From: an uncultured bacterium
GTDB taxonomy: Bacteria; Verrucomicrobiota; Verrucomicrobiia; Limisphaerales; UBA8199
Length of the DNA: 64,000 nucleotides
Direction: 5' to 3'
Assembly (NCBI GenBank): GCA_963749495.1
Contig: CAVVMW010000010.1
Coordinates: 416,001-480,000 of the forward strand
Program-made: the position numbers and the translations under genes
Shown here: one piece after another, positions 1 through 10,257 of the stretch
How positions within the stretch are numbered: the first letter of the stretch is position 1
How the letters are laid out: each line of letters begins with the position of its first letter
The notes under the pieces: model-generated
Database searches by the model: none
Told to the model about the DNA's origin: nothing
The model's input: only the letters and a program-made list of their open reading frames with translations

Positions 1-2586
1 GCTAGTCAGTTGTTCCGAATGGTTCAAGGTTATCCAGGCATCCGAGTATTTGTTATACATCACCAGGCCCACTCCCGGGGCGAACCATTCCTCCGTGTAA
101 GTCTGCTGAGTATTCCCACCAGAAGTCACTTCACTAAGCTCGCGTAAAACCAGACAATTGGCAAAAGTGCCCGCCGGGACAATGGCCGTGCCATTCGTGG
201 AATAAACCGTCTTGGTAAATCTTGCCAGTAAACCATTGCTCGCTTGCTGCTGGGTCCAGTGTTCTGACGGGGCAAAGGCGGGCTTCACCATGAGCCACGG
301 CGGATGGAGTGGGGTACCTGTCATTGACAAACCTTCGTTACCCGCAATTTGATACATGGTCACCGTTCCCTGCTCCGGGAATAGCCAGCGAATCTCATGA
401 TAATTGTCCGGACTGGCTTCTTGGCGCTCCCATTTGTAGCAACGGACTCCTTGGACGGTTTCGACGCCAGTGACGGAGTCAACGCGTGGGCCTTGACCAA
501 AGCCGGGTTCATAGGTCCATTGGCTTCCCACGACCAATGGCCAGTATTCGAGATAGGCGATTGGCTGAACGTAAACGAAGCTCGCGCTGTTGGTCTTCGA
601 CCGGTTCCCTGCGGCGTCCTCGGCGTAGGCCCGCACTAGGTTCGTGCCCGGATTGAGCGTCACGCCAGCAGTCCAGTTGGTCCAACCATTGGTGGTGTCC
701 GCCACGTCCCAGCCCGCGCCGTTGAGTTGATAAAAGACCTGCGTTACCCCAACGTTGTCGCTCGCCTTGCCGGTAACGGTGAATACCGCGTTGCTCACAT
801 TCTGGTGAACTTTGGGAGAAAGGATGATGGCGACCGGGGGAGTCACGTCCACAAAATTGGCCGTAAAGGTCAAGTTCGAGGCCATCACAAAGGCCAGCAT
901 CGGCTTGTTGGTCGAAAGGCTGCCGGACCATTTGAGGAAGCCAAAGCCCTTGCCCGCTGTGGCCGTCATGGTGTATCGGGTGCCGATTTTGAGCCATTGC
1001 CCGTTGTAGTTGGGGCTCACTTTGCCGAGCCCGATGACTTGCACCACCAGAGGCGCGCTCACCACATAGGTAAACTTCACGGTATTGGTGGGCGAGGTCT
1101 TGCCGCTGCTGTCCTGGGCGTAGGCGCTGAGGGTATTGGCGCCAGGGTTGAGAGTGACGGTGGCAGTCCAGTTCGTCCAGGAATTGGTACTCGTGGCAAG
1201 TGTCCAACTGCCGCCGTTCAATTGATAATAGACATCGTCCACGGCCACCTTGTCCGAGACCGTGCCGGTGACCCGAAGAAGCGCATTGCTCACGCTCTGG
1301 GCGGATTTAGGCGATGAGAGGGTCAATTTGGGATTCCCCTTCACCTCTTGCGTATAGACGCCGGCAGCCTTCGTGGTCGCTCCGCTTGTGATCGTAACCG
1401 TTTCGCTGGAAGGCGTGTTCCATCCGGAAATCGGTTTGAATGAGACGGTCTGAGCGCCCGCTGAAAGATTGTTGACGGTCGCGGCACTTTTCTGGTAGGC
1501 CCCTTCGTTCACCTGCCACTCAGCCCCGGCGCCAACCGCTGCGGAAGGCGTGATGGTCACTTGCAGGGAGCCGGTCTGTGCGCTGGCGGTGTAAGTAACA
1601 CTGACTTGGTTGGTCGTGCTCAGATTGCCCGCGGCGTCGGCAGCGTAAGCCTCGATTACATTCGCCCCCGGTGACAGAGATGCCTGGAACGACCAGTTCG
1701 CGGTTCCCTGCGCCTTGCTCCAACTGCCTCCATCCACCCGGCAGAACACGGCCACGACCCCCACATTGTCCGAAGCTGTCCCTTGCACCGCCACTGAATT
1801 GACTGCAACAGTGGCCCCGTCGGCCGGCGACGTTATGTGAATGGTGGGCGGCTGCGTGTCGCCGCCCCCGCCGCCCACTGTGACGCCGCCGACCACCCCG
1901 CCGAGCAGTTCATAGACGTTCGTGCCACCCTGGACGACCTTGAGGCAACCTACGTTCGGCGCGTAGAAAAGGGTTTGGCTAAATGTGTTTGTTGTGCTGA
2001 ACCCCATGGTCGTTGTCGTCGTCGTGATTGTCTCCGCACTCGCCAGGCAGTTATTGAACGTCCCCGCCACGACGGTCACGGTTCCTGTCGAGCTCACCAC
2101 GCCGCTGATTGTTTCCGAGACGACGGTATCGAAGCTTTGGCCCGCATCCACCACCGAATTCGTGTACGAGGAGGTGCCGGTGAACGGCGTGCCCAAGGAC
2201 GCCAGCGCCGATTCGGTCATGGTCACCAGTGGCGGCGTAAGAACCGCCACGGTGTTGCTCCCAGTGTCCAACTCGTAAGTCACCTCGCTATTGCCGGAGT
2301 ACCCGACGTAGGCGAAGTTCGTGTACACGGCTCCAGAGACCGGTGAGAGGGTGACGACAGCAAAAGAGCCGGGATATTTCGCCACTCCCGCCTCGATGTT
2401 GACGGTGTTGGTCCCCGCCGCCGTAAGTGACGTGTAATGGTCGCCCACGTGCAATGGGAGGTACTCTTGCAGCAGCGTCCCTGCCGGGGCATTCTTCCCG
2501 GCGAAGATCAGCCCCAGTGCAGCCATGGACAGAACAAGCTTACAGGAGCATCGAGCGACTCGTGTCGATAGATCAATAGTTCTCAT
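1..2586 (-). CDS. Large secreted multidomain protein (bacterial Ig-like repeats, InlB-B/Flg_new-like repeat, two 'V(V/P)AGTF..C...(W/Y)APxVG' domains); 3' end runs off the window
   Basis: Not in the ORF track because it has no stop. Read manually from ATG at 2586 (MRTIDLSTRVARCSCKLVLSMAALGLIFAG..., signal-peptide-like), open to base 1 (862 codons). Three Ig-like units of the form GT(A/V)SD(N/K)V.V..V.....G..W; VVAGTFNNCL..FYAPNVG near the N-terminus and VPAGTFANCL..WFAPGVG near the window edge. Confidence 0.85.
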   Translation of the reverse strand, partial: MRTIDLSTRVARCSCKLVLSMAALGLIFAGKNAPAGTLLQEYLPLHVGDHYTSLTAAGTNTVNIEAGVAKYPGSFAVVTLSPVSGAVYTNFAYVGYSGNSEVTYELDTGSNTVAVLTPPLVTMTESALASLGTPFTGTSSYTNSVVDAGQSFDTVVSETISGVVSSTGTVTVVAGTFNNCLASAETITTTTTTMGFSTTNTFSQTLFYAPNVGCLKVVQGGTNVYELLGGVVGGVTVGGGGGDTQPPTIHITSPADGATVAVNSVAVQGTASDNVGVVAVFCRVDGGSWSKAQGTANWSFQASLSPGANVIEAYAADAAGNLSTTNQVSVTYTASAQTGSLQVTITPSAAVGAGAEWQVNEGAYQKSAATVNNLSAGAQTVSFKPISGWNTPSSETVTITSGATTKAAGVYTQEVKGNPKLTLSSPKSAQSVSNALLRVTGTVSDKVAVDDVYYQLNGGSWTLATSTNSWTNWTATVTLNPGANTLSAYAQDSSGKTSPTNTVKFTYVVSAPLVVQVIGLGKVSPNYNGQWLKIGTRYTMTATAGKGFGFLKWSGSLSTNKPMLAFVMASNLTFTANFVDVTPPVAIILSPKVHQNVSNAVFTVTGKASDNVGVTQVFYQLNGAGWDVADTTNGWTNWTAGVTLNPGTNLVRAYAEDAAGNRSKTNSASFVYVQPIAYLEYWPLVVGSQWTYEPGFGQGPRVDSVTGVETVQGVRCYKWERQEASPDNYHEIRWLFPEQGTVTMYQIAGNEGLSMTGTPLHPPWLMVKPAFAPSEHWTQQQASNGLLARFTKTVYSTNGTAIVPAGTFANCLVLRELSEVTSGGNTQQTYTEEWFAPGVGLVMYNKYSDAWITLNHSEQLTS

Positions 2587-3009
2587 AAGTTCTCATAAAA
2601 CCGCAGTTTGACAGTGTCGTTAATTGCATTTTCCGAGTGGGGGTCTATTACGTCAGGCAACCCCATCACAATCCACACCATTCGCCTTCACCTGGGCTTC
2701 AATCACAATCGGTGGCGTTCATCACGTTTAACAGTTTGTCCGTGAATCCGCAAGGCATTTCGCCTCGTCGGCACAATTTCGGGCTAAACGGGTGGGCCAG
2801 AGCGCGGAAAACGCCCTGTTGTTCGGCCCAAAAACGGCCCGAAATGAGCACCAGCATGTCGTCACCACTCGGTTCCCCTCCCCGCAGATGCGCCGGCAAT
2901 CTATGGTCCAAAGCGAAAAACTCAGAAGGTTGGTGGATGAATTATACTGAAGCTCGGCCCAAGGGGGTGGCTGGGCTTCAGTTGCTCAGCAATGGCGGCC
3001 ATTTGGAGC

Positions 3010-3128
3010 CTAGAGTCCTTGAATTTCAAAACGTGATGCAGACAGGTCAAGTTTGTGGCACGGGCATCCTGCCCGTGGGGGGCTTGGGCAGGATGCCCGA
3101 GCCACGGTCTGAGGCCCAGCCTCGCTAG
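3010..3128. mobile_element. ~111-bp non-autonomous element with CTAG target duplication carrying a REP-like doublet (copy 1)
   Basis: CTAG at 3010-3013 and 3125-3128. Internal GTGGCACGGGCATCCTGCCCGTG...GGGCAGGATGCCCGAGCCAC. Near-identical copy at 46279-46396. Confidence 0.85.
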
Positions 3129-3602
3129 AAGTTGATGGAGAGCAGCTTGAGCATGGGACCGCTGCCACTTGCCGGGAACCGTTCGAAGTTGTCCCACCCA
3201 GAGCCGGTCCTGGGGCGGGGCGAAAGGGTTAAGAAGTTGGAGCGGTCTTTTCGCCTTGATCACCTGCACTACGATGCCGCTGTAAGTGTGCCGGGCCAAG
3301 GCCAGCTCGTTCGCCTTGGGTTCGGCGAACGTCAGTTGTGGAGCACCTTTCAGGAACGACCGGTGCGGTTGGGCTTGCAGCACTTTCTCCGCCTGTGGCG
3401 TCGGCGCGTTCGTGGTCACCGGGGAGGCTTTTGCGGCCGTGGTCTGGGTCAGAGTCCCCGGGGCTGGCTTGACTTGGGCCGGACCAATCTGGGCCGGTGC
3501 CGGCCTTGGCTGGGCGGATGCTGATTGGGATGGGGTGGTTTGGGCGGTGCCAACGCCACCCACCAGAAGAACGAAAGACCAGATGAGCAAGGTATTCCTC
3601 AT
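3125..3602 (-). CDS. Small secreted hypothetical protein, apparent frameshift near 3208
   Basis: ATG 3602 MRNTLLIWSFVLLVGGVGTAQ (signal peptide), Pro/Ala/Thr-rich linker, YSGIVVQ...PLQLLNPFAP. An alternative frame continues GSGWDNFERFPASGSGPMLKLLSINF* with TAG at 3125-3127. Confidence 0.6.
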
Positions 3603-4007
3603 GCTTGGGTGTAAGCGTGTGGTGTGCCACAGGCGCCGCGGCATGGTTGGCGCTCGAATGGCAACTCCTGGTGGTCGCTCCCGAAAAGCCCGCAAGTGCC
3701 TCGGCTGCAACGACCGCCCTCGGGCAATTCTGGCTGACAACGGCTGGAAAATGCTCAGCCGAACGATTTCCAGATACCCCATCCAACCCTCTCGGCCACT
3801 TTGCAGAGTGCATGGTGCGGCGGCGTTGGTCGTGCGAGATGCAATGCCTTCATTGAATGGTAATTCGGAACCGCCGCTCCTGAACTCCATTGTTGGCTGG
3901 TGGTGAATCTCGTCTTCCGGGACAACAGGCTTGAACAGCGTTGAATTTGTTATGCAAGAATGTCATGCCGAATGAGGGGTGGCTCTGTAAGTCGTTGATT
4001 ATGAAGG

Positions 4008-4100
4008 TGGCGGAGAGAGGGGGATTCGAACCCCCGATACGGCTTTTGACCGTATAACGGTTTAGCAAACCGCCGCCTTCAGCCACTCGGCCATCTCTCC
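4008..4100 (-). tRNA. tRNA-Ser (anticodon GCT)
   Basis: Reverse complement GGAGAGATGGCCGAGTGGCTGAAGGCGGCGGTTTGCTAAACCGTTATACGG...GGTTCGAATCCCCCTCTCTCCGCCA: acceptor stem, D-loop, GCT anticodon, long variable arm, TTCGAA T-loop, encoded CCA. Confidence 0.97.
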
Positions 4101-4179
4101 AGCGTTGATTATCAGCAACTTACACTGCGAGTGAACGTTTGGGGTTGGCATTTTGATACTGGTTTTTGATACTGGCCGC

Positions 4180-5221
4180 ATGAACTAGCGAAAAGCAGGG
4201 CCAAAAGCTGCCAACTCCGGGGATGAGTGGCAGAAAACACAGTATTCAAATTTGATCCGCTACGTTCCATCTGGCACTTACTATGCCCGCATTCGCGTTG
4301 TTGGCAAGCTCATTCGGAAAAGTCTAAAGACCGACGTGCTCACCGTCGCAAAGCTCAGACTGGCCGATCTGGAAAAAAGCGAACGGGAAGCGGTGGAGTC
4401 ACGCGACTCCACCAGCAAGGGGCGCATGACCTTTGGCGATTGCCTAGCAATCTTCAAAACGCAAACCGAAACCAGCAGCCTCTTGAAGCCGTCCGCCAAA
4501 CACTACCGCCACGAGGTTCTCGACAGCATTTGCAAATCATGGCCCGGTATAGAGGCGCGAGACGTTCGCCGGTTCAGCGCGAGCGAGTGCAACACCTGGG
4601 CGGCGCGATTCAGCAGCCGCTATTCCTCGACGCGCTACAACGGCGCGCTCGACATTCTCCAGGCGGTTTTCGACACGGCCATTCAAGCCGGGCTCTCTTC
4701 CGCAATCCGGCACAGGGCATTAAGCGGGCAAGAGTTCGGCCCCGTCATTTGACATTGCCTGACAGCGGGCAGTTTGGCTGCTTTGTGGAGGAAATAGAAA
4801 GCGCCAAGGGGCGCGATTCACGCAAGTGCGCCGACATGGTTCGCTTTCTGGCATTCGGCGGATTCCGGCTGTCGGAAGCACGGAACATCACTTGGGCGGA
4901 CTGCGATTTTGAGAAGGGCGAAATCATCGTGCGAGGCGACCCGGAAACGGGCACGAAAAATTGGAGCATCCGGCGTGTGCCAATGATACCCGAAATGAAG
5001 CAGCTGTTGGAGCGACTACGCGAAGAACGACCGCAGGAACCGCTGGCCAGCCCCGTTATGCGCGTCAAAGAATGTCTGCAAGCCATGACGCGGGCCGCAA
5101 GAGAGGTAGGCATGCACCGAATCACCCACCACGACCTCCGTCACCTGTTCGCAACCCGGTGCATCGAATCCGGCGTCGATATCCCCACAGTCAGTCGTTG
5201 GCTCGGTCACAAAGACGGCTG
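4180..5221 (+). pseudogene. Tyrosine recombinase/integrase pseudogene
   Basis: ATG 4180 with in-frame TAG at codon 3 (4186-4188). N-terminal arm domain LIRYVPSGTYYARIRV. Frameshift ~4700. Catalytic motifs GFRLSEA and HDLRH, WLGHKDG, then homology stops before the catalytic Tyr. Confidence 0.9.
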
Positions 5222-5299
5222 CGCTCGGAGCCCCGGTTTATTGCATTGCTCAGAAAAATGGGGCTCCAGAAATGAGCAACCGCACTGAACAACGCAAGC

Positions 5300-5470
5300 G
5301 CGCGGCGCTGGCGGAAAAAGCGGACTTGGTTTGGACATCAACTAACCAGACTTGACTCGGTGGAACTCCTGCCGCTCCCAACCGATAAAACAACTGTTTA
5401 CCGTTACGCGCCCAGAGAGGCTCGCGGCCTTTCTCGCTGGATAACGAAATAATCGTCTTCCAGTCGGAAG
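5300..5470 (-). pseudogene. Fragment resembling a PD40/TolB-like beta-propeller repeat
   Basis: Manual translation SSEKGREPLWARNGKQLFYRLGAAGVPPSQVWLVDVQTKSAFSA; no start context. Confidence 0.4.
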
Positions 5471-5534
5471 AACCACGCGGGAGTCTGGGTGGCCGGTGTG
5501 GTGTTGGAGGCCAATTGTCGTAATCAACGACGGT

Positions 5535-6335
5535 TCAATCCTTGCCGGCGTCGAAGCACTGCTGGCAAATCTCAGCGCCGCCAAGACAGACGATGACATA
5601 CGGAACTGTCTGCCCGCATTTACCACACGTTTCTGCTGTGCCCAGCAATTGACGGGCTTCGAGTATGAGTTGGTTGAGGGTGGCGATGGAATCTTCTGAG
5701 GTGCGTTCGAAAGGTCCATCATCCCCCGGTTCGCCTTCACGTTTCAGGCCGGCGACTCTCTCCACGAACCTGAGCAGTGCCGGTTGAGTCAGGCCAGCTT
5801 TCTCCAGGGCTTCGAGTGCTGCCAGGTCGCTGTCGAATTGCTCGCACACGTCACACCGCTGGATTTCGTACTTGTGTCCCTGGTCGCTGCCGGTATTGAA
5901 GAAGAACCAACCCTTTCCTTTGCAGGTTTGGCATTTCGTTGGCTGGTCAGAACCGCAGGCCGTGTTTTCAATCGCATCATCCTGGGCGCTTTTGCCGCAG
6001 TTGATGCAGAGGTCGGTGTGGGGGCTGAATGCATGGTCTTTTGGTTCATTCGGTTTCTTGGAGTCGTTCATGGGCTTCTCCTTCTGGTGGCTCTCCTTGT
6101 CGTACCCAGTGCCAGCAAAATCGACCCAGACCCAAGCCGAGACGTAGCAGCCGTTGTCGTTGCCTTCACTGAGCTGGGCATTATTGTCGATTTCAACCGC
6201 CCCTTCGACCTGGCGATGTTGTCGGGCCAGTTCGATGATTCCGACCCTTCTCGCTTCGGCCTTCTGAAAACAGCCGGCGCAGAGTCCTTGATCCGTTAAG
6301 GACTCGAAGGACTGGTTGCATTTTGAACAGATCAT
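5535..6335 (-). CDS. Hypothetical Cys-rich protein with multiple CxxC zinc-ribbon motifs (mobile-element accessory type)
   Basis: 266-aa ORF with an AGGAG RBS upstream. Motifs CSKC, CAGC, CINC, CQTC, CDVC, CGKC, CQQC. Confidence 0.7.
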   Translation of the reverse strand: MICSKCNQSFESLTDQGLCAGCFQKAEARRVGIIELARQHRQVEGAVEIDNNAQLSEGNDNGCYVSAWVWVDFAGTGYDKESHQKEKPMNDSKKPNEPKDHAFSPHTDLCINCGKSAQDDAIENTACGSDQPTKCQTCKGKGWFFFNTGSDQGHKYEIQRCDVCEQFDSDLAALEALEKAGLTQPALLRFVERVAGLKREGEPGDDGPFERTSEDSIATLNQLILEARQLLGTAETCGKCGQTVPYVIVCLGGAEICQQCFDAGKD

Positions 6336-6368
6336 TGATGCTTCTCTCCTTTCGTTGTTGTTGGTTTG

Positions 6369-6758
6369 TTATTCAGACCCCTTCAGCCGGTCGTCCCAAC
6401 ATCTCTCCTGGCATGTCCATTTTCCCTGATGCAAGTGGGCTGATTCTCCAAGGCAGGGGATATGGCAAATTGCACATTGGACTTGGAAAGCCTTGCGCCA
6501 TTGAGCCACTGTGTAGTCCCGGCACTCAGCGTTGCCCAGAGGTCCGTAGATGGAGGCAATGTTCCTGGGCGTTATCGGAGTCGCCACGTTGACCCAGACC
6601 CGTTCGGCGTCAGGATGGTTCACGGAAGTGACTGTGGCGTCACTGGTGAAGAAGCGATTGGCTTTGTTGACCGCCTCCTCGATGGTGAGAGCGTTGACGT
6701 CGATGCCGAAGCACGAACGTTTCCCGCCCCACCTGAACTGGAATTCGAACATGTTCAT
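6369..6758 (-). CDS. Hypothetical protein with C-terminal CxxC...CxxxC motif
   Basis: ORF 6369..6974; likely start MNMFEFQFRW at 6758 after AAGGAG; CAIC...CQERCWD. Confidence 0.55.
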   Translation of the reverse strand: MNMFEFQFRWGGKRSCFGIDVNALTIEEAVNKANRFFTSDATVTSVNHPDAERVWVNVATPITPRNIASIYGPLGNAECRDYTVAQWRKAFQVQCAICHIPCLGESAHLHQGKWTCQERCWDDRLKGSE

Positions 6759-7018
6759 TTTGATGAGGATTTTCTCCTTTTGTTTCTTGATTTTGATGGT
6801 TGATTTCGAGGCCACAAATCCGCAGTCCTTGTTCATGGGCGTTTGCGTTTTTACGGCCGGTGGTTTGAACTTTGATGTTGATGGGGCGATTTCATATCGG
6901 CTTGGTCTTTGCGGTTGTTGACGTGGCGAAGGGCTAATCGAGGGTTCAACCGGGCGAGCAAGACACTTTGTCAATGTGGCCGCGTGACGTTTCTTTGGCG
7001 GGATGGTCTAAACCGGTG

Positions 7019-7252
7019 ATGAGCACCGTAAGGCGCAATCGAAGGTCCGTCTCAGGTGAAGTTCGTGCTGGGGGTTTCACCCTCGTTGAACTTCTGGTGG
7101 TCATCGCAATGTTTGGCATTGTGGCCGCATTGCTGCCGCTGGCTCCAAACCGCGCCAAGGCGAGTGCGTGGCAATGTCCCGCGCCAGCGCATCTGGAGAG
7201 CAACCAGCACCACACGCACTTTTTGAACGCTTATGGCTACGAGCAAACTTAA
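7019..7252 (+). pseudogene. Truncated prepilin-type N-terminal methylation (DUF1559-like) gene fragment
   Basis: GFTLVELLVVIAMFGIVAALLPLAPNRAKASA..C, then similarity is lost. Confidence 0.7.
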
Positions 7253-8381
7253 ACTTAGTCTGACCGTTCTGGTCGTCGTCGCCGTGACGACGACTCTGGT
7301 GATTCAACACCAGGCACAGGCAAAGCTCCGCGAGGAGATTCAGTCGTTGCGTGAGCAAATGGCGCGGCTTCAGGCCGAGAACCAAGGTCTTTCAAATCGC
7401 GTCGGCCAGGCGAAAAAGGCTCGGGAGCCGCGCCTGCCTGCGCCGCCAATTCAGATTGCTGCCCGAATGACCGCCCCAATGGAAGAGATGCAAGCCACCA
7501 ATGTATATGCCCGATTCGCAAAAGAACCACCGAAGCTGACCGCCGAACAAGTCGAGGCGTACCTCAAGGAAAATGGGCGTAACGCCTCGACTCTTCTGGC
7601 GGCGTATCGCACCAGCGGCGACTCGGCGTTGCTGAAGGAAGCCATGCAAAACTATGGCAACGACCCCCAGGTGGCTTTCGAGGCAGTCTTCAAAGGCGAC
7701 TTATCTCCTGAACAAAGACGCCAATGGTTGAACGCCTTCGAGCAAACAGCCGCCGACAATGCGCTGGCAAATTACCTCTCCGCGCGTGATTACCTTAAAG
7801 CCGGGCAGATGGATCTGGCCGTACAGGAACTCACGGCCGCATCCGGCAAGCAACAATTCCAAGATTACACACTCGATCGCAGGCAGGATGACGAAGAGGC
7901 CTACTTGGCGGCAGGTTACTCGGCGGCTGCGGCTAAATTGATCGGTTCTTCACAAGTGGAGTTGCCTCAACTCTCGGAACTGAAGCAACTCGGTCTGCAA
8001 ATGGTGGATCTGGCCAACTCATATCGGCAGGCAGGTGACGAGACTTCAGCGCAAGCGGTCCTGCAAATGGCGGTGAGGTTAGGGCAGAGCTACGGCGCGG
8101 GCGATTGTGCCGTCAGTCATTTGGTGGGTTTAGCCATCGAACGTAACGCCCTCAGCGCCATGGATCCGAACAGCCCTTATGGTGCCAACGGCCAGACCGT
8201 CCAGGATCAACTCAACCAGATCATTCAACAAAAAGCGACAATCAATTCACTCTTCAAGAACAATGAATCGTTGCTGGAAACCATGTCAGATCAGGATTGG
8301 ATCAGTTACGTCGATCGAGACAAAAGTTCCGGCGAAGAGGCTGCGTTGCGGTGGGCGGTCAGCAAGTATGGACAGAAATAG
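7233..8381 (+). CDS. Membrane-anchored helical protein resembling the C-terminal extension of Verrucomicrobia ECF-sigma fusion proteins (sigma domain absent)
   Basis: MATSKLKLSLTVLVVVAVTTTLVIQHQAQAKLREEIQSLR: TM helix plus coiled coil; 382-aa ORF. Confidence 0.65.
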   Translation: MATSKLKLSLTVLVVVAVTTTLVIQHQAQAKLREEIQSLREQMARLQAENQGLSNRVGQAKKAREPRLPAPPIQIAARMTAPMEEMQATNVYARFAKEPPKLTAEQVEAYLKENGRNASTLLAAYRTSGDSALLKEAMQNYGNDPQVAFEAVFKGDLSPEQRRQWLNAFEQTAADNALANYLSARDYLKAGQMDLAVQELTAASGKQQFQDYTLDRRQDDEEAYLAAGYSAAAAKLIGSSQVELPQLSELKQLGLQMVDLANSYRQAGDETSAQAVLQMAVRLGQSYGAGDCAVSHLVGLAIERNALSAMDPNSPYGANGQTVQDQLNQIIQQKATINSLFKNNESLLETMSDQDWISYVDRDKSSGEEAALRWAVSKYGQK

Positions 8382-8421
8382 TTCATAATGAGACCTGAGG
8401 TGTTTGGTCTGGCCGTCGCGC

Positions 8422-8652
8422 TCAGTTCGGTTGCAGGTTCTGATTCTCCCACTCCAAACAGGCGGATCTGGACCGGGAGAAGAAGCGGACTTTGCCTCTC
8501 CTGTCTTTGACCTCCCAATGCTGAGTCGAGTTGTTGAATTCGATGTTGCTGGCCCTGGTGATTTCGAGCCGGCCAAGTTCATGAAGCGGAACAGCCTCGG
8601 TCCAAAGACAATGGGCTGTGCCGTCGGGGTGAAAAGAGATGGCTGTGTGCAT
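8422..8652 (-). CDS. Small hypothetical protein of integrative-element type
   Basis: 76 aa, F.PDGTAHCLWTEAVPLHELGRLEITRASNIEFN...WEV...SRSACLEWE. Protein-like composition; recalled as a type found in phage/ICE-like regions. Confidence 0.6.
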   Translation of the reverse strand: MHTAISFHPDGTAHCLWTEAVPLHELGRLEITRASNIEFNNSTQHWEVKDRRGKVRFFSRSRSACLEWENQNLQPN

Positions 8653-8812
8653 GGTTTTGATGGATGCTGAGGATTGACTTGCTGAGGTTCGACGTGGTTT
8701 AGGTCCGAATGGGGACAGTGTTCAAACCAGGTGCTGGTATTGTCTGGCAGAAAACAATTGCGATCTGAGGCACCTGCGTGACCTTTATGCCCGTCCCTTG
8801 TCTCATAGAGAA

Positions 8813-10100
8813 ATGCACTTCAGCAGGCAAAAGCTTATGCTGCTCGGCCTTGCGTTGGCCGTATTTGGCGGGTTGCTTGTTCGAGCCTGGACGAGTCGGG
8901 AACCGGAATTCCATGGCAGATCCGTGAGCAGTTGGTTCCGGCAGTACTCTCGCTCGATCCATGATGAGAACGCTAAAGAGGAGTCTCAACTCGCCTTGCG
9001 CGCCTTGGGGACCAACGCAGTTTCTTTTTTGCTCAGGGAATGTTTTTCCACTCACCAGGATTCCGCCGCCTCAACCAACTTCCAAACATTCCTGGCTCAT
9101 CTACCCTGGCCTTTCCGGTTTGCCCCTTTTGTTTCGGCCAACGAAATCCGGGAGACGGCGGCCGAAATGGTCCAAGCCATCAAGCCTCCGGCAGCCTTCA
9201 TCCTTCCGTATGTAACCAATGCCTTCAAGGGCACGAACCAGGGTCAACATCGGATGGCGATTTACCTGCTGGCCGATATTGGCGAAGGAGCAGAAAGAGC
9301 GGTGCCGTGGCTGAGACTGGGTCTGCGCAGTTCGGATGCATGGCTGATCACTCTGGCGATGCGTTCGGCCGAACGATTGGGGCGTGCCGCCAGGGAAGTC
9401 GTTCCGGACCTCATGGCGGGGCTGACGAATGTGCCGATCCAGAGGCGATTCCTGTGGGGCGGGAGCAAGGCCTTGGCCAGCATCGGTCATGAGGCTGCTC
9501 CGGCCATCCCTCTCCTCAAGGAACGATTCCTGGGAGAAACGGACATTGCCGTTCGGCTGGTGATAGCCGGCGCGGTCTGCCGCATCGATCCGCAGGAATC
9601 GGCACTCCTCGACGACGTAATTGGTGAGATGACCAAGCTGGAGGACAAGGCCCGTCTCCAGCAACTTTTGAACCTGTTGGGTGAGATCGGCCCAAGCGCC
9701 AAGGCGGCGATTCCTTTTCTCCAGGGGTTGTTAACCGATAAAGATCCGCGAGTGTGGTGGTCAGGCTGCGTTTGCCCTTCATGCAATTGGCGCCGACAAG
9801 AGTCAGATCCTGCCACCTCTCCTGGCCAAGGTGCGGGAAAATAACGAGACCATCCGGTACAATGCAGCTCAAGTGATACTGTTGGATGATCCGGGCAATG
9901 ACGAGGCCAGAGGTGTGCTGGTTGCATTGATCGAGCGGAAATCCCCTTGGACAGACGCGGCCATCGCTGAATTGGGGAACCTGGGATCGAACGCAAAGCC
10001 GGTGATTCCCTTGCTCCAGGAAATCAGTCTGAGAGGAGAGAAACGTCTGCGTGAAGGTGCCAAGAAGCCGTTGAAACAGATCGAGGCAAACTCCAAGTGA
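8813..10100 (+). CDS. HEAT-repeat protein, apparent frameshift ~9760
   Basis: N-terminal TM and EPEFHGRSVSSW; repeats LRALGTNAV, LASIGHEAAPAIPLL, LGEIGPSAKAAIPFL; continues in ORF 9831..10100 (LGNLGSNAKPVIPLL). Confidence 0.8.
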
Positions 10101-10257
10101 AGCATGTTGGACTCGATCAGGTGCCGCATTTGATGTCGGCCCATGGATCGTCGCTGCTGAATGTGCATCGGAACTGGCCCTGCTGACGACTTCGGCCGCC
10201 AGACCCCAATAGATTATACCGGATGAAGGGGTTGAACATGCACAGGGGGTCAATTCC

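Noticed and set aside
3850..4086. 78-aa ORF over the tRNA
   Set aside because: Spurious translation of the tRNA-Ser gene.
4186..4188. In-frame TAG in the integrase as pyrrolysine or recoding (given an MttB-family gene nearby)
   Set aside because: The gene is also frameshifted and truncated, the MttB homologue has no TAG, no pyl genes are seen, and TAG serves as a normal stop in other genes.
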